A stretch of 33,289 bases of DNA, taken from NCBI GenBank assembly GCA_021323815.1, contig JAJPKG010000422.1, forward strand, positions 1 to 33,289. The letters are read 5' to 3'. Of the stretch, positions 1 through 8,201 are shown one piece after another (the first letter of the stretch is position 1; each line of letters opens with the position of its first letter). The notes under the pieces are model-generated. The model did not search any database and had not been told where the DNA came from. It saw only the letters and a list, made by a program, of their open reading frames with translations. A program made the translations under genes and the position numbers. Source of the stretch: Pseudomonadota bacterium. Lineage in GTDB: Bacteria; Chloroflexota; Ktedonobacteria; Ktedonobacterales; JACDGC01.

Positions 1-1
1 C

Positions 2-502
2 GCCGCGCCGACCGCCGGCCTGCATTTCACGCCGGAGTTGATCGCGCGCCTGGCCACGCAGGGCATCCCGATGGCACACGTGACGCTGCACGTCGGGCTG
101 GATACGTTTCGCCCGGTCGAGGTGACGGATCTGCGCGAGCACCACATGCACAGCGAGGCCATCGCGCTCAGCCAATCTACGGCGGATGCTGTCAACGCCA
201 CGCGGGCAGCCGGCGGGCGCGTGGTGGCGGTCGGGACCACGACGGTACGCACGCTGGAAAGCGTGGCCCAGCAGGGGATGCCGCTCAAACCCTATGCGGG
301 CCGCACGTCGCTTTTCATCACCCCCGGCTTTCGCTTCCAGGTGACGGACGCGCTCATCACGAATTTTCACCTGCCCAAAAGCACCCTCCTGGCGATGATC
401 AGCGCCTTCGCGGGCCGTGAGCGCGTTCTGGCGGCATATCAGACTGCGATTGACCAGAGATATCGCTTTTACAGTTTTGGCGACGCCATGCTCATTCTGT
501 GA
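2..502 (+). CDS. queA: S-adenosylmethionine:tRNA ribosyltransferase-isomerase QueA, C-terminal part (5' end lies outside the window)
   Basis: The frame is open from the window edge. The translation contains GRVVAVGTTTVRTLES and ITNFHLPKSTLLAMISAFAG...YRFYSFGDAMLIL, which are characteristic C-terminal QueA blocks. Stop TGA at 500-502. Confidence 0.9.
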   Translation, partial: AAPTAGLHFTPELIARLATQGIPMAHVTLHVGLDTFRPVEVTDLREHHMHSEAIALSQSTADAVNATRAAGGRVVAVGTTTVRTLESVAQQGMPLKPYAGRTSLFITPGFRFQVTDALITNFHLPKSTLLAMISAFAGRERVLAAYQTAIDQRYRFYSFGDAMLIL

Positions 503-1604
503 GGTCTGAGGGGATATCATTCGGCAGCGCTGCCCGTGCCACAGCACGCCAATCACCATCCGGCGCGCGCAGCCATGCGATGATCGCACCCTCGCGCACG
601 CCGTTCGCGCTGACGCGCAGTTCCGTCGCACCGACGCGCTGCATGATGGCCTGCCACGCCGCCACGCCGCCGGCAATGATGCGCACGCGCTCGGCATCCA
701 CGCCGCTTTGCGCGGCCAGAACCGACGCGGGTGCGCTCAGCAAAATGTCACGGGCGCGGTCAAGATCCGCTGTCGCGAGGATATCACCGGCACCCAGGAA
801 ACGCGCCAGAGATGTCGCCGTGCCGCCGACCGCGATCAGCGCGTCCAGCGGGGGATCCGGTGGGGTGAGGGCTTGCACACGCTCCCCTGCGGCAGCCAGC
901 ATGGCGGCGAACTGCTCTGCCGTCGGCGGGTCTGCCGGCTGCACGAGATCCACCAAACGACCTGAGCCGAGGGGCAAAGAGGTTGCATATGCGATCTTCT
1001 GTGTTGTCCCTACAACGAACTCGCAACTTCCCCCGCCGAGGTCGCCCACGCCCAGGCGCGGCAAGCTTTTCTCCCCAGCCCTCCCATCAGAAGACGCTGT
1101 ATCTTGCCCACCACCACTGGTGCGCCCCGCGATCTTGCCTCCTGGCAGCCCGGAAGGGTTGGCATTTTCGAGCTGGGGGGTTTCAGCCCCCGGCGGTCCG
1201 CCGGAGAAAGAGGCGGTTGCCCCCCAAAACGTCAGCACGGCCTCTTCCAGGCCGGTGATGAGCGCGATTTCCCCGCCCCAGGCGGCGCTGAAGCGCGCGA
1301 GCATCGCTTGGGCATTGCGGGCGGCGCGCACACCCTCGGTTGCCAGGCCCAGCCGCGCCTCGGCTCCCAGTTGTGCGGCGCGTTCGGCCATCGCGCGCAG
1401 CGTCGCTTCCACCCGCGCGGCGCGCTGCTCGCCGATCTCCCCCGTTGCCGCCACATCCGCGCCCAGACGAGCGAGATCCACTTGCCGGCCAACCACTGTG
1501 AGATCGCTCACACCGTTGCTATCAACGATCACCAGATGCACCGTGTTGCTGCCGATATCCACCGCCGCCACGCGCCGTTTCACCTGATTCGCCGTGCTAT
1601 TCAT
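492..1604 (-). CDS. Ppx/GppA-family phosphatase carrying a repeat-derived internal insertion
   Basis: AAVDIGSNTVHLVIVD and VGDLGGGSCEFV match the ASKHA phosphate-binding motifs of Ppx/GppA. ATG 1604 is preferred as start (GAGGAA 6 nt upstream) over ATG 1628. The 3' end overlaps queA by 11 bp (convergent). A low-complexity stretch of about 50 aa (GGPPGAETPQLENANPSGLPGG...) is encoded by a REP-like element. Confidence 0.8.
   Translation of the reverse strand: MNSTANQVKRRVAAVDIGSNTVHLVIVDSNGVSDLTVVGRQVDLARLGADVAATGEIGEQRAARVEATLRAMAERAAQLGAEARLGLATEGVRAARNAQAMLARFSAAWGGEIALITGLEEAVLTFWGATASFSGGPPGAETPQLENANPSGLPGGKIAGRTSGGGQDTASSDGRAGEKSLPRLGVGDLGGGSCEFVVGTTQKIAYATSLPLGSGRLVDLVQPADPPTAEQFAAMLAAAGERVQALTPPDPPLDALIAVGGTATSLARFLGAGDILATADLDRARDILLSAPASVLAAQSGVDAERVRIIAGGVAAWQAIMQRVGATELRVSANGVREGAIIAWLRAPDGDWRAVARAALPNDIPSDLTE
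1146..1195 (+). repeat. REP-A double-hairpin element, copy 1 (inside the ppx/gppA-like CDS)
   Basis: CAGCCCGGAAGGGTTGGCATTTTCGAGCTGGGGGGTTTCAGCCCCCGGCG fits the family pattern CAGCCC-N4-GGGYT-N5-TTTCGAGCCGGGG-N6-CCCCGGCG, which is seen at 8 other sites in the window. Confidence 0.8.
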
Positions 1605-1702
1605 GCTGGTTTCCTCGTCTTTCTCCATAACAGCCTATTGCACGGATCAGCCGCAACGCAAGAGCGCCGGGTTCGGAGGGCAGGGCGAGCGTAGAAAGAG
1701 AC

Positions 1703-1836
1703 GGGGCAACCACAAGGCATCGCCCCTGCACACCACATGGCAAGATGAGCCGATAGAAGGCAGGCGAGGAATGCCATTGCCCCTACGGGCTAACGCACCA
1801 CTGGATTCCGCTAGGGGCAATCCCGTGTGGTTGCCC
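1703..1836. repeat. REP-B cluster of GTAGGGGC-type palindromic units
   Basis: Inverted pair GGGGCAACCACAAGGCATCGCCCC (1703-1726) and GGGGCAATCCCGTGTGGTTGCCC (1814-1836). The internal unit GGCGAGGAATGCCATTGCCCCTAC (1763-1786) is the reverse complement of GTAGGGGCAATGGCATTCCTCGCC, which is nearly identical to 23546-23569. Confidence 0.7.
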
Positions 1837-2007
1837 TGACACTACGCCACATGGTTGCCCCCTTGCGTGTGGCATGGCAATTGGCAAGGAACGCGCGGCT
1901 GTGGTAGGATACGTCTGAACACAACCGCAATTTTGGGGATGGTTGTTGAGACACGATAGAGTGTCACCCCCGATGATACAGAGATTCAGAGACATCAGGA
2001 ATGCGTT

Positions 2008-2961
2008 ATGCAGAGCTTTGCCGGTCTGGACGGTCTCGCGCTCACGCGCCCACAGGCGGTTTCGGTGGGTGTTTTTGACGGCGTGCATGCCGGACATCGC
2101 TTCTTGCTGGCGCGGACGGCTCAGGTGGCGGAGCGGCTGGGCGCAGCGGTTACGGTGGTCACGTTCTGGCCCCCGCCCGTCGCGGTCATTCACCCGGAAC
2201 AGCCGGTGCGATGCTTGATGCTGCCGGATGAGAAGATCGCCGCATTCGCCGCGCTGGGGAACGTGGCAAACGTGGTGACGCTGCCGTTCAGCAGCGAGAT
2301 GGCACAGTGGCCGCCGGAGCGCTTCATGGCGGAATTGCAGGCGCGCATGCCGTTGGTGGCACTGGTGGAAGGTGATGATTTTTCGCTCGGCCACAACCGC
2401 GCCGGCACGATGGATTGGCTGGCGGCATATGGCGCGACGCACGGCTTCCACGTGGAACGTGTGATGCGGCGACAGGATGCCGGCATGCCGATCAGCAGCA
2501 CGCGCATTCGCCGGCTGCTGGACCAGGGCAACGTGGCGGGCGCGTCGGAGCTGCTGGGACGGCCCTATTTCCTGCGCGGCGAGGTGGTGCATGGGGACCA
2601 TCGCGGGCGCGAGTTAGGCTTCCCCACGGCGAATATGGCGATCGACCCGCTGAAACTGATCCCAGCCAACGGCATCTATGCCGTGCGCGCGTGGGATGCC
2701 GCGACGCCGCACCTGATCTGGCAAGGCGCGGCCAGCATCGGCGTTCGCCCGACCTTCAACGGCACGGATCGCCGCGTGGAAGTGCATCTGCTGGATGTGA
2801 ATCCGGATCTGTATGGGCATGTCTTGTGTGTGGAGATGATCGCGTGGCTGCGCGAGGAACGCGCCTTCGCCGGCACCGCAGCGCTTGTCGCGCAGATGAC
2901 TGAGGATGTCACCGCAGCGCGGCGGATCTTGGATGGGCAAGAAACGGGGGCAGCAACATGA
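2008..2961 (+). CDS. ribF: Bifunctional riboflavin kinase / FMN adenylyltransferase
   Basis: N-terminal VGVFDGVHAGHRFLL nucleotidyltransferase motif and C-terminal riboflavin-kinase block GEVVHGDHRGRELGFPTANM...VEVHLLD. 317 aa, the typical length. Confidence 0.9.
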   Translation: MQSFAGLDGLALTRPQAVSVGVFDGVHAGHRFLLARTAQVAERLGAAVTVVTFWPPPVAVIHPEQPVRCLMLPDEKIAAFAALGNVANVVTLPFSSEMAQWPPERFMAELQARMPLVALVEGDDFSLGHNRAGTMDWLAAYGATHGFHVERVMRRQDAGMPISSTRIRRLLDQGNVAGASELLGRPYFLRGEVVHGDHRGRELGFPTANMAIDPLKLIPANGIYAVRAWDAATPHLIWQGAASIGVRPTFNGTDRRVEVHLLDVNPDLYGHVLCVEMIAWLREERAFAGTAALVAQMTEDVTAARRILDGQETGAAT

Positions 2962-3782
2962 GCCAGAATCGCAATGCGGTCTCGCGGCTGGAAGATTTCC
3001 TGCAAGGCTCGGTGGAAGGACTGTTTTCGCGCCTCTTTCGCACCGGCTTGCAAAAGGTGGAGATCGCGCGCAAACTTGAGCGGGCGATGGATGAGAATGT
3101 CGTCCTGCACGGCGGCACGCGCCGCGCACCGAACCTCTATCGTCTCTATGTCAGTGAAGCAGATTTCAAAAACATTCGTCAATATGCCAACCTGCTGAAA
3201 TTGCAATTGCAAGACGGCCTGCTGGCGGTGGCCAAGCAGCGAGGCTATCTGATGACGACCACGCCGGTGGTGACCATTGAAGTGGACCCCAAGCTGGGCA
3301 AGGGTGATCTGCGCATCGAGACGGGCTTCATCGACGCGGCTCAGCAGGCGGCGATGGCCGGCGGCGCGCAGGGCGGAGCCAATCCTACCTCGCCGAATCT
3401 CGGCGGGACGGACGCGCCGGATTTCACCCAGGTCATCGCGCCGCAGAATCAGCCCGCCGGCGGGGCGAACGTGCAGGTGAGCGGCATCATCCCCGATGCG
3501 GCGCTGGTATTGCGCACCCCACAGGGACCAGGGCACACCTACCCTTTGAATCGTGAGGTAATTCATATCGGGCGGCATAAGTCCAATGATATAGTCATCA
3601 GGGAAGAACGGGTCTCGCGCTATCACGCCGAAATTCGGTTCGAGCGCGGTCAGTTCGTGCTCTATGACCTGGGCAGCTTGAACGGCGTGCTGGTCAACGG
3701 CATGCTCACTCGCCAGGCCATCTTGCGCAACGGTGATATCATCGGCATTGGCAGTTATAGTTTCGTCTTTGAGCGGAGGTAA
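2958..3782 (+). CDS. FhaA-like protein (DUF3662-type N-terminal domain plus C-terminal FHA domain)
   Basis: N-terminus LEDFLQGSVEGLFSRLF...KVEIARKLERAMDEN resembles actinobacterial FhaA. C-terminal FHA core IGRHKSNDIVI..VSRYHAEI..LYDLGSLNGVLVNG. Its ATG overlaps the ribF stop (ATGA at 2958-2961). Confidence 0.85.
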   Translation: MSQNRNAVSRLEDFLQGSVEGLFSRLFRTGLQKVEIARKLERAMDENVVLHGGTRRAPNLYRLYVSEADFKNIRQYANLLKLQLQDGLLAVAKQRGYLMTTTPVVTIEVDPKLGKGDLRIETGFIDAAQQAAMAGGAQGGANPTSPNLGGTDAPDFTQVIAPQNQPAGGANVQVSGIIPDAALVLRTPQGPGHTYPLNREVIHIGRHKSNDIVIREERVSRYHAEIRFERGQFVLYDLGSLNGVLVNGMLTRQAILRNGDIIGIGSYSFVFERR

Positions 3783-3791
3783 CGTTGTCGT

Positions 3792-4244
3792 ATGTCTTTG
3801 ACTTTTGAGGAGTTTCTGCTCGTCCTGCGCGTTGCCTCTGTCGCCGTCCTCTATCTGTTCATCTTGCAGGTGGTGTTGGTGGCGCGGCGCGATCTGCGCG
3901 TGGCGGCAGTGCAATCCTTCAGCCAGGCCGCCAACCAGGTCATCGGGCATCTGGTGGTGGTGGATAGCGGCTCCGCGCCGCTCGCGCCTGGGTCTACGTT
4001 GGATATCGTCTCGCCCACCTCCATCGGGCGCGCGCCCATCAACACGATTGTGCTGGAAAGCAATCTGGTGTCGATGGAACATGCGCGCCTCTTTTTCCGC
4101 AATAATTCGCTCTGGGTGGAAGATCTCAAAAGCCGCAACGGCACCTTTTTGAACGACCAGCAATTGCCGCCGGAAAAGCCCGTTGCCGTCAGGCCGCGCG
4201 ACATCTTGCGCGTGGGCGATGTGCGGTTCCGCATTGTGCCGTGA
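3792..4244 (+). CDS. Membrane-anchored FHA-domain protein (FhaB/FipA-like)
   Basis: N-terminal hydrophobic helix LLVLRVASVAVLYLFILQVVLV followed by the FHA core IGRAPINTIVLE..VSMEHARLF..VEDLKSRNGTFLN. Confidence 0.8.
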   Translation: MSLTFEEFLLVLRVASVAVLYLFILQVVLVARRDLRVAAVQSFSQAANQVIGHLVVVDSGSAPLAPGSTLDIVSPTSIGRAPINTIVLESNLVSMEHARLFFRNNSLWVEDLKSRNGTFLNDQQLPPEKPVAVRPRDILRVGDVRFRIVP

Positions 4245-4263
4245 GCAAGGGAGGACGTTGCTG

Positions 4264-5652
4264 ATGCAGCAAGCCGTGAAAAATGTCTTTGATATCCGGC
4301 GCTATCGCTGGTCGGAACTCTTTTTGCTGATCATGCCTTCGCTGTTCATCTTGCTCGGCATGCTGCAATTGCAGTTGATCAGCGCGCATAACAACGGCAA
4401 GCAGTTCAACCAGATCAACCTGCATAATCTGCCGGCGGTTGACCTGTATGGCCCACAGTTGCTGTTGATTGTGGCGCTGTTTGCGACGCACGTGGCTCTG
4501 TCGTGGCTGGTGCCCAACGCGGACCGCACGCTGCTGCCCATCGCGGGCATGCTGGCTTCCATCGGCGTGCTGGAAGCGACGCGCCTGGGGCCGGACCTGG
4601 GGATCTCGAATCTGGGCATCAAACAGTTGGCGTGGGTGCTGGTGGGCATCGGCTTCTGCATCGCCACTGTCTGGGCCACGCGCTCCACGCGCTGGCTGCG
4701 CCTCTATAAATATACCTGGGCACTGGTGGGATTAGTGCTGGTGGGCATCACGGTGGTGCACGCGCACAACATCAGTTTCGACAGCCCCACGCACGACCAG
4801 TTGAACCTGGGCATTGGCGGCCTGGTCTTTCAGCCTTCCGAGTTGCTGAAACTCTGTCTGGTGATCTTCTATGCTGCATATCTGGCCGAGAACCGCGAGA
4901 TTCTGGCTGATGCCGCGCCGCTAAAGATCGGCAATCGCACGTTCCCCATCCGCGTGCCGCCCTTGAAGCATCTGGGGCCGCTGATCATCATGCTGTTGGT
5001 GTCGCTGCTGATGTTCGTGGTGTTGCGCGAACTGGGTGTGGCGCTGCTGATCTTTGGCATCTTCGTTTCGATGATTTATCTGGCCAGCGGGCGCATGATG
5101 TATGTCTGGTATAGCCTGGGCGGCTTCGCTGTGGGCGCGGTCATTGCCTATAACCTGTTCAGCTATGTGCGCGACCGCGTGGCCATCGTCTCCACCGCGT
5201 TTGATCCCGGTGTGGCGACGAACAAGGGCTATCAGATCGTGCAAGGGCTGATCGCGCTGGGCAGCGGGGGCATCTTGGGTGAAGGCTTGGGGCTGGGGCA
5301 TCCTTACTTTGTGCCCGCCGTGCAGACCGACTTCGTGGCGGCAGCGGTGGGCGAAGAGTTCGGCATGGCTGGTTTGTTCGCCGTGCTGGGCATCTTCATG
5401 CTGCTCATCTATCGCAGCTTCCGCATCGCCATCCGCGCCCGCGACACGTTCGAGCAACTGCTGGCGGGGGGCATCGGCTCCATCTTCGCCATTCAGACGC
5501 TCGTCATTCTGGCCGGCAATCTGAAATTGATGCCGCTTACGGGCATTCCGCTGCCGTTTATTACCTATGGGGGCAGTTCGGTGCTCATCAACTTCATTAT
5601 GATCGGTCTCTTGCTGCGCCTGTCATCTCCAGCGGAAAGCGGCGCGGAGTAA
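4264..5652 (+). CDS. SEDS-family peptidoglycan polymerase (FtsW/RodA/SpoVE)
   Basis: Polytopic membrane protein with the blocks FQPSELLKL, GYQIVQGLIALGSGGILGEGLG, PAVQTDFVAAAVGEEFG and PLTGIPLPFITYGGSS. The start is placed at ATG 4264 (GGGAGGA 8 nt upstream) rather than 4183, which would overlap the FHA gene. Confidence 0.9.
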   Translation: MQQAVKNVFDIRRYRWSELFLLIMPSLFILLGMLQLQLISAHNNGKQFNQINLHNLPAVDLYGPQLLLIVALFATHVALSWLVPNADRTLLPIAGMLASIGVLEATRLGPDLGISNLGIKQLAWVLVGIGFCIATVWATRSTRWLRLYKYTWALVGLVLVGITVVHAHNISFDSPTHDQLNLGIGGLVFQPSELLKLCLVIFYAAYLAENREILADAAPLKIGNRTFPIRVPPLKHLGPLIIMLLVSLLMFVVLRELGVALLIFGIFVSMIYLASGRMMYVWYSLGGFAVGAVIAYNLFSYVRDRVAIVSTAFDPGVATNKGYQIVQGLIALGSGGILGEGLGLGHPYFVPAVQTDFVAAAVGEEFGMAGLFAVLGIFMLLIYRSFRIAIRARDTFEQLLAGGIGSIFAIQTLVILAGNLKLMPLTGIPLPFITYGGSSVLINFIMIGLLLRLSSPAESGAE

Positions 5653-5694
5653 CCAATAGCGGATGCGCGCCCAGCCATAGAAAGTGAGGAATAT

Positions 5695-6078
5695 ATGCCC
5701 GGTCACGTGGTTCTGGCAGCGAACATCACCTTCGGCGGGAGCGATCCGCTGACGACCTGTTTTTCATATCTCTTCGCGGGGGCCATTGCCGGCACGGTCG
5801 CCAGTTTCATTGTGCGCGGCAAGCTGGGGTGCCTGCTGGGGAACTTCGTCCTGGGCATTTTGGGAGCCATCGCCGCCCAGTTCATCCTCAATTTCTTGCT
5901 GCAATTCATTACGCTGCCGCACTCCAACACCATCCCCGTCGGCTTCATAGGAACAACCATCATCGCGTCCATCGCCGCCACGCTGATCGCGCTGATCTTC
6001 AACGCGGCGTTGAAAGCCGAGCGCAGCCATCAGGAAAAGCTGCTGGAACAACACCGCCAGGAACGCGGCCAGGGGTAG
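5695..6078 (+). CDS. GlsB/YeaQ/YmgE-family small membrane (stress) protein with a C-terminal extension
   Basis: Gly-rich TM helices GAIAGTVASFIVRG..GNFVLGILGAIAAQFIL are typical of the transglycosylase-associated (GlsB/YeaQ/YmgE) family. SD GTGAGGA lies 4 nt upstream of the ATG. Confidence 0.7.
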   Translation: MPGHVVLAANITFGGSDPLTTCFSYLFAGAIAGTVASFIVRGKLGCLLGNFVLGILGAIAAQFILNFLLQFITLPHSNTIPVGFIGTTIIASIAATLIALIFNAALKAERSHQEKLLEQHRQERGQG

Positions 6079-6117
6079 CACCACAAGCAAGCGAGGATAG
6101 TACGAAGGGAAACAGGC

Positions 6118-6567
6118 ATGGCAGACACACCAGCGTTGTTTGAGGGTCGCAATATCCGCAAAGTTTGGTTTCAAGACGAATGGTGGTTCGCCATCGTTGA
6201 TGTCGTTGCAGCGCTTACAGAGCGCGACGATAAAGCCGCCCAAGTATATTGGCGTAAGTTGAAACAACGTCTTCGTGAAGAGGGTTCTCAGATCGTGACA
6301 GATTGTCACGCACTGAGACTCCAATCTCGCAACGACGGAAAATACTACAAGATCGACTGTGCTAACACCGAGATTATGTTGCGCATTGTTCAGGCAATCC
6401 CCTCACCGAATGCCGAGCCGTTCAAACTTTGGCTAGCTAGGGTTGGCAGCGACCGCATCGACGAAGCGGGCGACCCTGAAGCTGCTTACTCTGGGGAAGG
6501 TCCTCACCCTTATCAGAGTGCGACTGTTTCACCATATCCTCTCTACATGAGCATTCAGAAAACTTGA
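6118..6567 (+). CDS. Bro-N domain protein (prophage antirepressor / DinD-like family), apparently 3'-truncated
   Basis: FEGRNIRKVWFQDEWWFAIVDVVAALTE...YWRKLKQRLREEGSQ...IPSPNAEPFKLWLARVG..RIDEAGDPE matches the Bro-N-type family as I recall it. The sequence after DPE has no resemblance to the usual continuation. Visibly AT-richer than the flanking DNA. Confidence 0.6.
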   Translation: MADTPALFEGRNIRKVWFQDEWWFAIVDVVAALTERDDKAAQVYWRKLKQRLREEGSQIVTDCHALRLQSRNDGKYYKIDCANTEIMLRIVQAIPSPNAEPFKLWLARVGSDRIDEAGDPEAAYSGEGPHPYQSATVSPYPLYMSIQKT

Positions 6568-6578
6568 GCGTCGCGCCC

Positions 6579-7568
6579 CTACGGTGCCTGAGGGGCGTGC
6601 ACCAGGCGGAAGTCGTGCAGGCGCGCCTCGCCGGTGCCGGTGCCGGCGGCGACCGCAGCGGTATCCATGATGCGCGTGTCGTCATCAAGCAGCGCGGCGA
6701 ACCGCCGGTTGGGGATCAAACGCTCCAGACCGGCATCGGCCAGCAGCCATTCGGCCAGCAGCACATAACCGGCCCACACGCGCTGATCCTGCGTGCGCTC
6801 CCACACCGGCTCGCCATAGCGAAAAGCGTGGTCAAAGAAATCGCTCGCGCGGATGGCGAACGGGAACAGCCGCTCTTTCAGATTCTCGCCCTCGACCTCG
6901 CCGGAATGGATCAGCGTATTGACGATGTCGCCAGCGCGCTTGTTGCGCGGCTCGCAGTGGGTGAGGATGATGCCCCCCAACGTGGCACGAGCGTTGCCCT
7001 CGCGCCCGCGACGCAGCAAGCGCAACGTCGCATCCATCCCTTCCAGGGATGACGCATCGGCCATGAAGGGGATGATGACGCGGTCCGTCGCCAACAAAGC
7101 GTTATCCAGCAGAATGCTCTCTTCTGCGGGGAAATCGATCAGCATAATGTCGAAGGCGGAGTCCATGCTGCGCAAGATGCCGTCGATGACATAGGGCGAT
7201 TGCAAGCGGCGAGCGACGAATCCCAGGCCCTCATCATAGGGCAGCAGTGCCATCAGTCCGCCGCCCCAGCTTGGCTTGGCGTTCAGCGGCACGGGCAGGT
7301 GCAGCGCGTCCAGCGCCGCCAGCACGTCGTCGGGATGCGGCAAATCTTGGGGCTGCAACAGGCAAAAGGGATCCAGCAGTTCGCTCAAGGTGCCGTGCGG
7401 CACGTTGGGCCAACTGTCGCGCAGCCCGGTCGAAGCCGTTCCCGGCTGGGCAAGATCCACCACCAGCACACGCGCGCCATAGAGCGCGCACAGCCGCGCC
7501 AGCGTCGTCACCGTCGTGGACTTTCCCTGGCCACCCTTCTTGATCGCTACGCCATACACCCGATGCAT
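6579..7568 (-). CDS. ParA/MinD-like deviant Walker-A ATPase with a C-terminal extension of about 80 aa (orphan)
   Basis: VYGVAIKKGGQGKSTTVTTLA (KGGxGKS deviant Walker A), DIMLIDFP (Walker B-like) and RVIIPFMAD. Start ATG 7568 has GGAAGGAG 9 nt upstream; ATG 7601 is the alternative. No parB-like gene is adjacent. Confidence 0.85.
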   Translation of the reverse strand: MHRVYGVAIKKGGQGKSTTVTTLARLCALYGARVLVVDLAQPGTASTGLRDSWPNVPHGTLSELLDPFCLLQPQDLPHPDDVLAALDALHLPVPLNAKPSWGGGLMALLPYDEGLGFVARRLQSPYVIDGILRSMDSAFDIMLIDFPAEESILLDNALLATDRVIIPFMADASSLEGMDATLRLLRRGREGNARATLGGIILTHCEPRNKRAGDIVNTLIHSGEVEGENLKERLFPFAIRASDFFDHAFRYGEPVWERTQDQRVWAGYVLLAEWLLADAGLERLIPNRRFAALLDDDTRIMDTAAVAAGTGTGEARLHDFRLVHAPQAP

Positions 7569-7644
7569 GTTTCGCCGCTCCTTCCCGCTCGTCGCCATCA
7601 CCGGTTACTTTTGTTCGCTCGAACGTTCTACATTCCAAGAGAGT

Positions 7645-7673
7645 AGTATGTTCCTGTTCACGTCGGTTGTCAA
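7645..7673 (-). promoter_or_regulatory. Candidate sigma70-type promoter of the ParA-like gene
   Basis: On the minus strand: TTGACA (7673-7668), a 17-nt spacer, then CATACT (7650-7645), about 70 nt upstream of ATG 7568. Confidence 0.35.
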
Positions 7674-8201
7674 CAGACCAGGGACCATGCGCACTCCCCA
7701 AAAGTCCTTGTATAATCGGGCTAGACCAAAATGCCCCCTTGACAGAAAAATGGCTTTCTTCCTTGTCGGCTCTCTCCTCTTAGGTAAAATGGTTGGGATA
7801 GTCCTCCCATATGGGCTATCAGACAGAATTGTTGTACAGGCAATCTGGTAAGCTGGGATCACGCTATCCACCGGACTTATGCACCGGTTGTCCACATATC
7901 CACCGCGCGCCGGTCACGGGCCAGCAAGAAACGTGGCTGCAAGCGCGCCGGTAAACCAGGTGACACACCGGATTGGACATCGCGCACTGATTCACGCGCC
8001 GGAATTCAGGGGCCGATCAGGGATTGACGGCGGGTGGAGATCATATCGCAGGCCAGCGGTGCCGCGCGGACGCATGCGGCATAGAGAAACGATCTCCACG
8101 ACAGCAGGCGCGCAACTACATAATGGGCCAGCTTGCAAAACTGCGCGGGCGACGAAAAAGGTATCTGAGATCGCCCTGGCGCAAGGAGGATTTGTCTTGT
8201 C

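Noticed and set aside
499-1587. A 362-aa plus-strand ORF, and similar long ORFs opposite known genes (2676-4163 minus, 11611-13317 minus, 16079-17818 minus, 21666-23105 minus, 26749-27564 minus, 28700-29788 minus, 1783-2601 minus).
   Set aside because: They are antisense or frame-shadow ORFs typical of high-GC DNA. Their translations are Arg/Ala/Pro/His-rich low-complexity sequence with no motifs, and each overlaps a gene with clear family signatures on the other strand.
4183-4263. Upstream extension of the SEDS gene to ATG 4183.
   Set aside because: It would overlap the preceding FHA gene by 62 bp, it encodes non-conserved Cys/Ala/Arg-rich residues, and a strong SD precedes ATG 4264.
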